DNA of 64,000 nucleotides from positions 1,984,001-2,048,000 of the forward strand of contig CAXXTB010000002.1 of NCBI GenBank assembly GCA_963676795.2, written 5' to 3'. Numbering within the stretch: position 1 is the stretch's first letter; every line of letters begins with the position of its first letter. Below are positions 29,536 through 39,264 of the stretch, piece by piece. The notes beneath the pieces were generated by a model. It saw nothing but the letters and a program-made list of their open reading frames with translations, searched no databases and had not been told where the DNA came from. The translations under genes and the position numbers were made by a program. Source of the DNA: Geopsychrobacteraceae bacterium. GTDB taxonomy: Bacteria > Desulfobacterota > Desulfuromonadia > Desulfuromonadales > Geopsychrobacteraceae.

Positions 29536-30786
29536 TCAATCAGTGGAGGGGTTTGAAATTTCATGGATGATTTTCCAGCGACCCTGCTCATTAACCAGCA
29601 CCAGTCTTTTCTGGCTCTGATCATGATAAAGATCGCTGGAATAGGACTGCAGAAAACGAACCTGATATTTCTCATCAGCCAGGGGGGTGACCTCAAGATT
29701 GTCAATAAAGATTCGAATATACTCAGGTTTTGTCAAAAAAATCTGACGAGAGTTTTTCCAGCCGGCGACATCCTGCTCTCCTTCAGGTTCGAACCGGTCA
29801 CTGTAACAGCTCAGATAACGAGCGACATCCTGATCCTGCCAAGCCTGAACCCAGGCATCCAGAAACATCCGAATAGTATCGACAGCGGTATCGATCCCGG
29901 CGGCCCCGGTCCGCAAGTTTACGGCTTCCCCCGCCAAACCAGTTGCAACTGAAGTGAAGGTCACGGGACCGGCCAGTGGCCTCAGAAATTCAGCAGAATC
30001 CGCAGCGTCCCTCTCTTGTAGCAAAAGACAGAACAGTTCAGATCCAGAATCACGATAGAGCCCTGCAGCAAGATTGAACAGCGAATCAACCAACAGCTCA
30101 TTCGTATGAAAATATTCGCTGGCAATGTTGAGCAGATTTGCCAGACTGCACTCTGAGGCCTGAAAGGCATTCACGCAGTCGACCAGTTGCCCCTGAATGA
30201 AGACAACCGAAGCACGCAACCCGGCGAGCTGCTCTTGCGCGTCACTGAAGAGATCTCCGGAGCCGTTCACTGAAGATTGGGGAATCGGGACAGACAAAGA
30301 GTCAACGCTCTGCAGCCCCGTGAGCTGGACATAGTTCGCAGAGGCGATACGCAGGTCGACTCTGGCGGCAGCCAGGCGAGCGCGGCTGCCTTCCAGATGA
30401 GCAATGTCGCTGAGCGACGCAGCTAAAGAGTCGGCGTCAGCTCCCGCTTCGAGACGACCAGCAAGTTCTTGATAGAAACCAACCCTCTTTTCCGCAACAG
30501 CCACTATTTCACGAGCCCTGACAACTTCCAGATGGGCAATTACTGCATCGAGTGCAATTTGGCGGCTTGCCGCCAGGACCTGACGGTCAGCAGAGTCTCC
30601 CCCAGGGCTTGCCGCCGCATCATTCGCCGCAGTCTCCTGGCAGACGGAAATTGCCGCCTGCTGACCCGATTTTAACATCAGAGACATCTGTACCGATTGT
30701 TCAAGACTGACAGTCTCAGCGAAACCAGAACTGAGACACCCGGAAAACAAACAGACTGCAACGGCTATACAGAAAACTTTATTCAT
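29536..30786 (-). CDS. Exported protein: degenerate TolC-like helices fused to a C-terminal NTF2-like domain
   Basis: Signal peptide; TolC-like heptads (AVIAHLEVVRARE...ANYVQLTG); C-terminus W..AW...D...YLS.YS..F...F.Q.Y.S..Y.D...K.L.L......WKI..E. Confidence 0.55.
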   Translation of the reverse strand: MNKVFCIAVAVCLFSGCLSSGFAETVSLEQSVQMSLMLKSGQQAAISVCQETAANDAAASPGGDSADRQVLAASRQIALDAVIAHLEVVRAREIVAVAEKRVGFYQELAGRLEAGADADSLAASLSDIAHLEGSRARLAAARVDLRIASANYVQLTGLQSVDSLSVPIPQSSVNGSGDLFSDAQEQLAGLRASVVFIQGQLVDCVNAFQASECSLANLLNIASEYFHTNELLVDSLFNLAAGLYRDSGSELFCLLLQERDAADSAEFLRPLAGPVTFTSVATGLAGEAVNLRTGAAGIDTAVDTIRMFLDAWVQAWQDQDVARYLSCYSDRFEPEGEQDVAGWKNSRQIFLTKPEYIRIFIDNLEVTPLADEKYQVRFLQSYSSDLYHDQSQKRLVLVNEQGRWKIIHEISNPSTD

Positions 30787-30926
30787 TTTTCATGGCCCTG
30801 ATCGTTGAGCAGATAGCATTCCTAAAGTTGACAGTTAGTCACACGAAACGATGAGGGGAGAAAAAAACTGCCGGGGTGGCCGCTGAGTGTTGAGTGAACG
30901 ACCCGGTCAACAGGAACGGGCATCCT

Positions 30927-31529
30927 TCAACTGGCAATCCGCTGTGCAAAAAACTGGGCATATTCCTCGGCGAACATCTCAACCTTGGCCTCATCATAGC
31001 TGGCCCCGTCTGTTCCATAGACGATAAATTCCGTCGCCTTGACCAGAAAAAGGGAGAACATCAGCTCACTCATCGACTCGAAATCGACCTTTTTGATCCG
31101 CCCGGCGGCATGCAGCCCTTCTAGGTAATCAACGAGCTGGGTGATCAACCCCTTGATGCGCAAGAAAGCATTGTAGTAGATGTCATGGTCGTAGATGGCA
31201 TCGATCAGCATCGACAGACGATAGGCCGGCATGTGATCGATATGCAGAATCATATAGATTTTAAAGAGATGGGCCAATTGTTCGGTCAGATCATCGGCAA
31301 AAGAATACCTGGTAATATCGACCTGACTGGGGTCCGGGGTCAGTTGCAGGAAAGCCTCCAGAAACAGTTTATCCTTGGAGCCAAAAACCCTGAAGATCGT
31401 CGTCTCATTGACCGAGGCTTTCTCTGCGATACTCTTCATGCTGGTCCGGGAATAACCTTTGACCGCAAACAGGTCGATTGCGGCCTGGAGAATTCGTTCC
31501 CTGGTATCTGTCATGCGTGTCCCGGACAT
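30927..31529 (-). CDS. TetR/AcrR family regulator
   Basis: TRERILQAAIDLFAVKGY..TSMKSIAEKASVNETTIFRVFGSK. Confidence 0.9.
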   Translation of the reverse strand: MSGTRMTDTRERILQAAIDLFAVKGYSRTSMKSIAEKASVNETTIFRVFGSKDKLFLEAFLQLTPDPSQVDITRYSFADDLTEQLAHLFKIYMILHIDHMPAYRLSMLIDAIYDHDIYYNAFLRIKGLITQLVDYLEGLHAAGRIKKVDFESMSELMFSLFLVKATEFIVYGTDGASYDEAKVEMFAEEYAQFFAQRIAS

Positions 31530-31734
31530 AAGACCTACTTCCTCTGTGTAAAATCAGCCTGTAGTATATTGAAGGATCGATGAAACATTGTCGGGCCATA
31601 CTACAGTCTTTAATGATGGTTATCAAGGATCAACCCACCATACTTGTTGACAAAAAAGTCTCCGCAAGTATGATCAACCTACCTTAAAAAGCGACCCCCG
31701 CGCCGTTAACCGTTGATCCCGCCTGGAGACTGCC

Positions 31735-32349
31735 GTGCTGACAGAGAAAAAAGCAACTGACACCGAACACCTCATTCTCGAGAGCGCGATACATGCCTTT
31801 TCCAAATATGGCTACAGCGATGCGACCATCAAACAGATAGCCGAACTGGCAGGTTATAATACCCTCACTGTTTTTCGTCATTTCAAAGACAAGGAAAATC
31901 TGTTCCGCTGTGCTGTCAGCTTTTACAACAACTTTGATTACGACATTGACAAAATTGATCTTTCAACCTGCTTTGAGAACCTTGAAGCCGACCTGGCCTA
32001 TCTTGCCGGTGAATATTTCGAACGCGTACTGAGTAACCTCGACATCATCCGGGTGTTTATCGGTGAAGTCGTCATGATTCAAAAACTTGGCCTCGAATCC
32101 TGGTACGCCCCGGTCGCATTCAAAAAACACTTTCTCGAATATCTCTGCGAGTATGCTGATCGCCACAATCTCGACTTCCAGGATGTCGACAAACTCGTTG
32201 AGTTTTTCGTCTGTCTGGTCACTCGCCGTGCACTTGAGTACAACATGCATGACAACATCACCGACTATGTTCCGGCATTAAAAACCAGGTTTGTAACGAC
32301 CAATACCGGCCCGATAGCCTACCTGGCAGAACTGATCAAACATCCATAA
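31735..32349 (+). CDS. TetR/AcrR family regulator
   Basis: ILESAIHAFSKYGYSDATIKQIAELAGYNTLTVFRHFKDKE. Confidence 0.9.
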   Translation: MLTEKKATDTEHLILESAIHAFSKYGYSDATIKQIAELAGYNTLTVFRHFKDKENLFRCAVSFYNNFDYDIDKIDLSTCFENLEADLAYLAGEYFERVLSNLDIIRVFIGEVVMIQKLGLESWYAPVAFKKHFLEYLCEYADRHNLDFQDVDKLVEFFVCLVTRRALEYNMHDNITDYVPALKTRFVTTNTGPIAYLAELIKHP

Positions 32350-32702
32350 CGCTTAAACCGATTATTCGCCAGCGATCTGCACAACGATGTCAAACAACTG
32401 ATCGCAACCGCTTCACACGGCCGCAAGCAGTAATGCTGACAACCACACAACAACAAGCGTCCAGCCGAAGCTCATCAAGGTTCGGATAATAATCTATTCG
32501 GCGGCCTTCTCTTGCCCCGAATCCCAGCTCTCGCCAAAGCGCAGAATCGATTTTGCTGCGACAAGAAAGCCCACCCACTGGGTCTGCCCCATGACGACAA
32601 AAAGGAAATCAAGGACCTTTCAGGCCTCCAATAAGCCGGCCCTCATATGAAAAAACCTTGAAACCGAAGCTATTTGATATGTGAAACAAGAGGCGCAGAA
32701 AG

Positions 32703-32734
32703 AAAATGGCTATGCCCTTAAGCATAGCCATTTT
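32703..32734 (-). terminator. Original terminator of tRNA-Leu, displaced by the insertion
   Basis: AAAATGGCTATGC-CCTTAA-GCATAGCCATTTT just downstream of the duplicated tRNA 3' end. Confidence 0.8.
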
Positions 32735-32741
32735 AATCTAG

Positions 32742-32799
32742 GTGGTACCCGGGACGAGACTTGAACTCGTACAATCCGAAGATCGAGGGATTTTAAGTC
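32742..32799 (-). repeat. att direct repeat (3' part of tRNA-Leu)
   Basis: 58 bp identical to 41584-41641; ends at the anticodon arm. Confidence 0.95.
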
Positions 32800-33077
32800 G
32801 GAATCCCACGACAACCCACAACACGTAGCAAATGATTTTACTCATATTTTCAAGAACTTAGCAGACGTCATCATTTGTTATGAGTTGTCAAAAATCGCAT
32901 TTTTTTGTATTCAAGTGGACCACCAGTGGACCACAAAACATGCCAACGATCTCATATAGTATCCCTAAAACTACCCCCATTAATCGTTAATAGAATTCAC
33001 GCTAAGGAATCGAAAATTTAAGCATTCATATCTATATTGCTATTTTAGCTGCCATAAGGCCCTGAACTGAACAATCG

Positions 33078-34958
33078 TCATTGATACAGCTTCTCTTGTA
33101 TTTGAAACTCTTTTTGGTCCACCGTTGCCTTATATAATCGGTAAAAGCTATGCGACCTTACACCTTGAAACTGAATTAGCTCGATATAGTGCGCCCCATC
33201 TTTGAAAAAGACATCTTCCGAGATACTTCCTGGGTATGGTTCGGTATAAATGACTTTTTTAATTTTTGATTGATATATTTTTTTTGCGCACAGCTCACAG
33301 GGGAACGTTGTCGTATAGATAGTTCCACCCTCAACACCATTGCCCCCTAATATTGAACTTTGTAAAATTGCATTTTCTTCGGCATGCAAAGCTCTGCAAT
33401 ATTCCAATCGTTTAGGAGAAAAATTATCAACTATTAGAGATGACAGATCCTTTGTCCCTTCTTTATCAACCTCGTAGTTACTAACCCATTCATTCAGACT
33501 ACTGCTCGAATAAAATTTTGAAAATGTTTTGTATCTAGAGTATTCATCTTTAAAGCAAAAACTATGATTCGGATTATTGTTATTAGATTTAATAAAATCG
33601 TTAAAGTCTGATTCATCGCCCTTAACAGAAACAGGAAAAAGAGGGATATTACTATTCAAGTCTTTAAATTTTCTAAGACCACAGGCTGTTTGACCAGACC
33701 CCACATCGTTCCATCCTGCCCCGACGATATACCCCTTTGGCCCAACAATAACTGCACCAACCTGTCTCGATATACAATTTGATTTAACACTCATACTATA
33801 AGCTTGTTGCATAAACATTTCTTCAGAAGAAGGGCTGATGCAACCAGGCCTACATATTAGTGCAAAATACTTCAATAAATATTGTTTAAGCCTTGTCTTG
33901 CTGCTCAAATTATTAATAGCAATATCGGATAAATGAACACACTTACTGACATTCTGCTTAAAAAATTCATTTATACCCAGGTCCCTACCCTGATCTCTTT
34001 TATCCCTATCACTGTTCCAGTTAGGTCTCTTTTCACGTATATCAACCGGTGTAAAAAGAGAGAATAAATAAAACTCGTAATATCTATTTCTAAAGTATTC
34101 AACTTCATATGGATTCCTAAATGCTTCTATAACAAATTGCCTATAATTTTTTTTACCTTCGAATTCGAGTCTCTTTTTATTTTTAAAGAATTTAATTATA
34201 TTATTCGCCTCGTTTGAGAGAACAACTAATGTCTTAGCATTATTACAGTCAAAATCAGTTTTATAATCAATAGGATTTCCGCATCTTCGTGCGTTATCAC
34301 CTAAATCTTGTAAAAGTTCTCCAATCCTATCAGCGCCAAGCGTTACTTTAATTATCTTCCTAAATGAGGAAACATAACCTAAAAATTCTTCAAAGATACT
34401 ATTTGAACCCTCATCAATTTTATACAACTCTCTATTTTCTATATACTTATTAACTTCAAGTACAATCTTGAACTTATTTTTATCAAATGATACTTGAGAC
34501 TTTAGAATCTTAAAATCGCTATTCAAATCATCATCATTAGATAATATTAAATTTTCAAGTGTAATCTTTAGTAAAATTTCCGTCATTGATATATGTTTAA
34601 AATCAGACTTTCCTCGATAATCCTTTAAAACAGTCAATGTTTCTCTAAGATGAAGATATTCCTTTAAATTTTCTGTTAGCTTGTCAATTTTAGTTATATT
34701 TTGTTTTTTTTCGTCGAGCTTATTATCATCAAGTTTTTTATCTTCAATATTTAAAGAATATTTCAATTTTGAAATTTGCTTATACAATGCCCTTATTTTT
34801 TGCTCAACTCTTGGCAAGGCATCTGTTGTTTTCTTATCAATATATTCATTAATCGATTCAGAAAAGAAGTTTGCTGATGTTGAACACCCCGAACTCAACG
34901 GCCCAGTAAAACCAACAATCAAAAAACCTTTTTTTATTTCATGGAAAATATTAGGCAT
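33078..34958 (-). CDS. Anti-phage dCTP deaminase (AvcD/Dcd type: P-loop kinase-like domain plus Zn deaminase)
   Basis: N-terminal GFTGPLSSGCST; SNCISRQVGAVI, GWNDV, CRALHAEENA, FPCELCAKKI. Confidence 0.88.
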   Translation of the reverse strand: MPNIFHEIKKGFLIVGFTGPLSSGCSTSANFFSESINEYIDKKTTDALPRVEQKIRALYKQISKLKYSLNIEDKKLDDNKLDEKKQNITKIDKLTENLKEYLHLRETLTVLKDYRGKSDFKHISMTEILLKITLENLILSNDDDLNSDFKILKSQVSFDKNKFKIVLEVNKYIENRELYKIDEGSNSIFEEFLGYVSSFRKIIKVTLGADRIGELLQDLGDNARRCGNPIDYKTDFDCNNAKTLVVLSNEANNIIKFFKNKKRLEFEGKKNYRQFVIEAFRNPYEVEYFRNRYYEFYLFSLFTPVDIREKRPNWNSDRDKRDQGRDLGINEFFKQNVSKCVHLSDIAINNLSSKTRLKQYLLKYFALICRPGCISPSSEEMFMQQAYSMSVKSNCISRQVGAVIVGPKGYIVGAGWNDVGSGQTACGLRKFKDLNSNIPLFPVSVKGDESDFNDFIKSNNNNPNHSFCFKDEYSRYKTFSKFYSSSSLNEWVSNYEVDKEGTKDLSSLIVDNFSPKRLEYCRALHAEENAILQSSILGGNGVEGGTIYTTTFPCELCAKKIYQSKIKKVIYTEPYPGSISEDVFFKDGAHYIELIQFQGVRSHSFYRLYKATVDQKEFQIQEKLYQ

Positions 34959-35410
34959 TTAGTACCTCCCAGTTCCCAAAAAGAAAACTACCAAGTCCAC
35001 AGTTAGATTATTACTACATGCAAAAGGCGAATCTTAACAAGCGAGCTATTAAATACTATGCAGGTTTATTAGAAACCAAATAGCATCCTACCTCTGTGCC
35101 CTTACAATTCGTGGCTTATAATGAATACAATGGGTACTAATTTTTTTCTAGTTTGGCGTAAAAATGGTACTGGACTGAATGGTAAAAAACATAAGAGTCA
35201 GAAGGAAAAATTATTGTCCTTTAAATTGATAGACTCTTGCCTTCTAAAAATGTTCGGAACGGTAGACTCTAAAAAAAGAACAGGACAAAAATTCAGCGTT
35301 ATTGAAATTCATTAGTACTCTTTCTTACTGCAGATAGTCAACTTTACTTTCTATCTTTGGGCATGTGTTGTAGATTTTACCACTATTGACTCTCAACACC
35401 CGGAGCACAA

Positions 35411-36301
35411 ATGTACAGCACAGCAAATTTTGAAAAATGGGCAGAAGGCAAACACCCATTTCTCGCAATGATCAGTCACAGCCTTGCAGTTCAATCAAAA
35501 ATGGCATATGGCTTCACCAAAATCATCCACGATGAAGACTTGTTTCTTGAAGACCTCCCATTCCCCGACCTTGACTCATGGCTAAAACTATTCCGTACAC
35601 ACAAAGACATTACCAAATATTTCTTTCAACTTTTCGAAAATCTAAGCGAACACGTTAATGCAACGGAAAAGGCCCTGAGTGGGCTAACCAAAGAGAGCAG
35701 TCAACAGATTAACAAATCAGACCTAGAAATTATTGATTCTGAAAAAATATTAAACGAATATCTACAAGCTCATAAAACTGTAGTAGATGATGCCGTAAAC
35801 CTTTCAACAAATGAAATTGAAAATTTTATCGTTTCTCCTGAATTTTACTTTTTATGTAGAGTTATAATCCCATGTGAAACTACTCATTTCACAGCACCGG
35901 CAATATTATATAGAAAAGCTCGTTTAAGAGACTTTGAAAGTCTTAAGAAATTAGTATCTCTCGATCCATCAACTATTTTTGACACTAGGATAGCTCGATT
36001 CATTCATGAACTTAGGAATAAAAACAGAGCAAAGTATGATCAGATTTTCTCTCTTATTCACAATAAATCAAATGCCAAAATAAGCCGGTGGAAATTTAAA
36101 GCGTTTTATGCAGCAATTATCACCAACTTTTCCATACAAATTGGCCAGAAGCTGACCGAACCGGAAATTAGGGATCTATTTGACGCTGTTGCACGTGACG
36201 AGGGAAAAGGCGAAATCGACACAGACCTACCAGAAACTCCTGACACATTTTACAAAGCCATAAAAAGACACCTTCACAAAAGTAATCTGTCGGACAAATA
36301 A
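35411..36301 (+). CDS. Hypothetical protein of the element backbone
   Basis: 296-aa ORF with GGAG RBS; no family recognised. Confidence 0.65.
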   Translation: MYSTANFEKWAEGKHPFLAMISHSLAVQSKMAYGFTKIIHDEDLFLEDLPFPDLDSWLKLFRTHKDITKYFFQLFENLSEHVNATEKALSGLTKESSQQINKSDLEIIDSEKILNEYLQAHKTVVDDAVNLSTNEIENFIVSPEFYFLCRVIIPCETTHFTAPAILYRKARLRDFESLKKLVSLDPSTIFDTRIARFIHELRNKNRAKYDQIFSLIHNKSNAKISRWKFKAFYAAIITNFSIQIGQKLTEPEIRDLFDAVARDEGKGEIDTDLPETPDTFYKAIKRHLHKSNLSDK

Positions 36302-36401
36302 AATTCTCAGTTGTCCGAGTACTTTCCTCCCCATCTCATTACGCTCCTGATCAGAAGCAACGTTTAGATGTTTACGATCAATTCAACAAAAGGAGCTAGC
36401 A

Positions 36402-37637
36402 ATGACAGAAGATGTAGATTCTCAAAGGGGGCTGATGACTATCAGCCCCCCCTCAAAGGTGAACACCGACACCACACCCGCTCGAATTCTCGCATCAGGA
36501 TTGGACTCTTTAAATTTGGCCATAGACGTTCATTGGGCAAATTCGGAGTTATTCGACTACCTGAATCACCTCAAAGACATCGCAAAAAGTACCCGCAATG
36601 AAACGCCCGGTTTCTTCGTGTACGGCAAAAATAAAACCAAGTGGCAATTCACCCTAAAACCGCACGGGAGCAAAGGGTACGAATGGCTGATTTACAACAA
36701 GGAATTCACCCTACTTATCGGGTCATGGAAAACGCCTCAGTCCAAGCCAAGTATCATGGCTGAAATTCGCTCGGAAACGCTCTGGCATCTTGGGGCAAAA
36801 AGTGCTGTAGAAATGATTATTCTCCTCCTGCTTTCGCAAGGGGGAACAAAAATCACCCTCAAACCAAGCCGGGCTGATTTATGTGTAGATGTACTGCTTG
36901 TGGAGAAATTCTGGAATATGGAACTGCTCAAATATGCCGTAACCAGATCAACCTACATGGCCCCGCATTTCAACCACAGAAAAATGACCGGACTAAGCAT
37001 TGGTAAAGGCAAAATTTCCGCCCGGCTTTACGACAAACCTTTGGAAATTCGCCAAGTGTCCAAAAAACTCTGGATGTATGACGTTTGGGGAATAAAAGAA
37101 GTACCGGAAAACCGGAAAATTATCCGGGTAGAATTTCAACTTCGCCGGGAACTTTTGACGCAGTTAGCAATAAAAGACATAGATAACCTCTTTGAATATT
37201 TAGGTAATTTATGGAGTTATTGCAGTCAAAGATGGCTCAAATTCCAGACAAACCCCGGCAAACATCATACTCAAAGACAGGATTTACCCTGGTGGAAAAT
37301 TGTTCAAAATGGGTTCGAAGGCGCACAGGGGAAAAATCCCCTTATCCGCAGTAAAGCCGCTGGTTTTGACATCAGTCAAAATTTCGCCCAATCCATCGGC
37401 CATATCAGAGCATTAATCGCAGGGTTAATCGCAGGACATTATCTCGATGAATACGTCCCTGCGGAAATAGAATGGGGGCTTAATTTCATAGCCAGAAAAG
37501 TCAATGAAACAGAAGAACAGCAAGATGAATTTTCAGCATCCGTCAAAGAGAAATTAGCCAAAATCCACCGCTCAATTTCTCGTCACGTTGAAGCTGAAAG
37601 CAGAAGAAAAGAACTTAATTTACCAACTACCCTTTAA
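36402..37637 (+). CDS. Rolling-circle replication initiator/relaxase (Rep_trans-like)
   Basis: SGLDSL, SRADLCVD, ARLYDK (catalytic Tyr candidate), RVEFQLRR; RBS AAGGAG. Confidence 0.78.
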   Translation: MTEDVDSQRGLMTISPPSKVNTDTTPARILASGLDSLNLAIDVHWANSELFDYLNHLKDIAKSTRNETPGFFVYGKNKTKWQFTLKPHGSKGYEWLIYNKEFTLLIGSWKTPQSKPSIMAEIRSETLWHLGAKSAVEMIILLLLSQGGTKITLKPSRADLCVDVLLVEKFWNMELLKYAVTRSTYMAPHFNHRKMTGLSIGKGKISARLYDKPLEIRQVSKKLWMYDVWGIKEVPENRKIIRVEFQLRRELLTQLAIKDIDNLFEYLGNLWSYCSQRWLKFQTNPGKHHTQRQDLPWWKIVQNGFEGAQGKNPLIRSKAAGFDISQNFAQSIGHIRALIAGLIAGHYLDEYVPAEIEWGLNFIARKVNETEEQQDEFSASVKEKLAKIHRSISRHVEAESRRKELNLPTTL

Positions 37638-37649
37638 GGAGAAAATATC

Positions 37650-37871
37650 ATGGAAAAAACTATCGAAAAAAGCACCCCAAAAACCCGCCTGATTCCGGTT
37701 ACAAAATGGAATGATTTTCATACATGGCCACCAATTGGCGGCTTGCGTCATTTAATCTTTTATGAAAAAACAAACGGCTTTAGCCACTGCATTGTTCGCG
37801 TTGGCAGACGTGTACTTATTAACGAAGACAAGTTTTTTGAATGGGCGGAAAGAAACACAGCAACTATTTGA
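37650..37871 (+). CDS. Small excisionase-like DNA-binding protein
   Basis: 73 aa; GGLRHLIF...IVRVGRRVLINEDKFFEW wing motif; strong RBS AAGGAG. Confidence 0.75.
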   Translation: MEKTIEKSTPKTRLIPVTKWNDFHTWPPIGGLRHLIFYEKTNGFSHCIVRVGRRVLINEDKFFEWAERNTATI

Positions 37872-38053
37872 AGTTACGTCGAAAAATAAAGAATGTCGAA
37901 GTATTTTTCTTGTAAAGTTGACGTGAAGTAAAGACAGCATAAAATTTATTTTTCTGCACATATTTTGTCAATGTTGATGAAATGCTGATATTTCAAATAT
38001 CAACAAAAGGCTAAGTAAACATGTCGATTAAAACGAACAAGATGAACCGCAGT

Positions 38054-39112
38054 TTAACTAAAAATACTGCGGTTCATCCGTTCGACGACTGAACTCGTAT
38101 GTGCCTCTGAAAGATGCGCATACCGTTTTACCATTTGTAGCGTTTTATGACCCAAAACTTCTGCAATTTCAGCCAGAGTGGCACCATTCATTGCAAGATA
38201 TGATGCAGCGGTATGCCGCAGATCATGAAACCGAAAGTCTTCAATTTTTGCCGCAACAATGACAGACTCCCAAGGCTTACGAATATCTACAGGCCTTGAC
38301 GCATCGCGTGACGGAAAAACAAGAGTAGAATCTATGCGACGAACCTTACTCAATTCGGTCAAAACATCATGAGCTAACCCAACGATTGGAACCGCCCTTC
38401 TTTCATTATTTTTCGTCTCGTGTAATACGAGCCTGTTTCTCTTCAAATCAATATCCTTCCAACGCAAATTCAGGATTTCGCCTTGCCGCATTCCTGTTGA
38501 AATCGCCAAGACTACAATTGGATATAAATATGAGGAACTTGATTTATTACATTCTTCCAGTAAACGCGCACGCTCTTCTTTATCCAAAAAGCGTACACGT
38601 CCCCTAGACTCAGAAGGCTTCCGAACATTTGAGACAGGATTTTGTTCAATCCATTGCCATTCTTTTACAGCTACACCCATGGCATGAGACAGCGCCGCCA
38701 AATAACGAACAACGGTAGCAGAAGAACGGACCGTCCCTCTATAAGTTGTACCCTTTAGGAGTTCATCTCTGCATTCAGAAATAAGAGCTGGCGTAACATC
38801 AGCGAGAGTATAAGCACCTAGCTTGTCTTTCCACCATTCCAACTGAGATTCTTGCTTTTTTTGACTTTTGGGCTTTGTTGGCAGGACATCCCTTGTGTAT
38901 CGATCAATAAGATCACCAAGGGTGTGTTTTTTAGCTTCGCTAGTTTTGAAATGACGACCTTCACGAATAGCCGCTTCCGTTTGCTGTGCCCAACGCTTAG
39001 CATCAGTCAAACGTTTAAAGGTAGCGGTTTGAGTTGGATAACCTTTTAAACGAACACGAACCTTGTAAGAAATTTCCCCACTATCGCTTATGCGCTTATC
39101 AATACTCGCCAT
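38054..39112 (-). CDS. int: Tyrosine recombinase/integrase
   Basis: TGMRQGE, TKN, FHDLRH, LGHK, KRYAH catalytic residues all intact. Confidence 0.95.
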   Translation of the reverse strand: MASIDKRISDSGEISYKVRVRLKGYPTQTATFKRLTDAKRWAQQTEAAIREGRHFKTSEAKKHTLGDLIDRYTRDVLPTKPKSQKKQESQLEWWKDKLGAYTLADVTPALISECRDELLKGTTYRGTVRSSATVVRYLAALSHAMGVAVKEWQWIEQNPVSNVRKPSESRGRVRFLDKEERARLLEECNKSSSSYLYPIVVLAISTGMRQGEILNLRWKDIDLKRNRLVLHETKNNERRAVPIVGLAHDVLTELSKVRRIDSTLVFPSRDASRPVDIRKPWESVIVAAKIEDFRFHDLRHTAASYLAMNGATLAEIAEVLGHKTLQMVKRYAHLSEAHTSSVVERMNRSIFS

Positions 39113-39264
39113 GGTTTCCTCCCGTAGATCACCAAAGCCTACAAGAAACCACGACAGAAGACAACAAGGGATATTAAATCTCCAATCTCATTAATTATAA
39201 TAATTACTTAAATATCAAAAGTCCACAGAGGGTCCACTAAAAGCGGTACCATAAATAACAGATT

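Noticed and set aside
32742..32799. Second tRNA-Leu gene
   Set aside because: Only the 3' 58 bp are present; the D-arm and 5' acceptor strand are missing, so it is an att repeat
35121..35315. 64-aa ORF upstream of the deaminase
   Set aside because: No convincing RBS or motif; the region is better explained as non-coding
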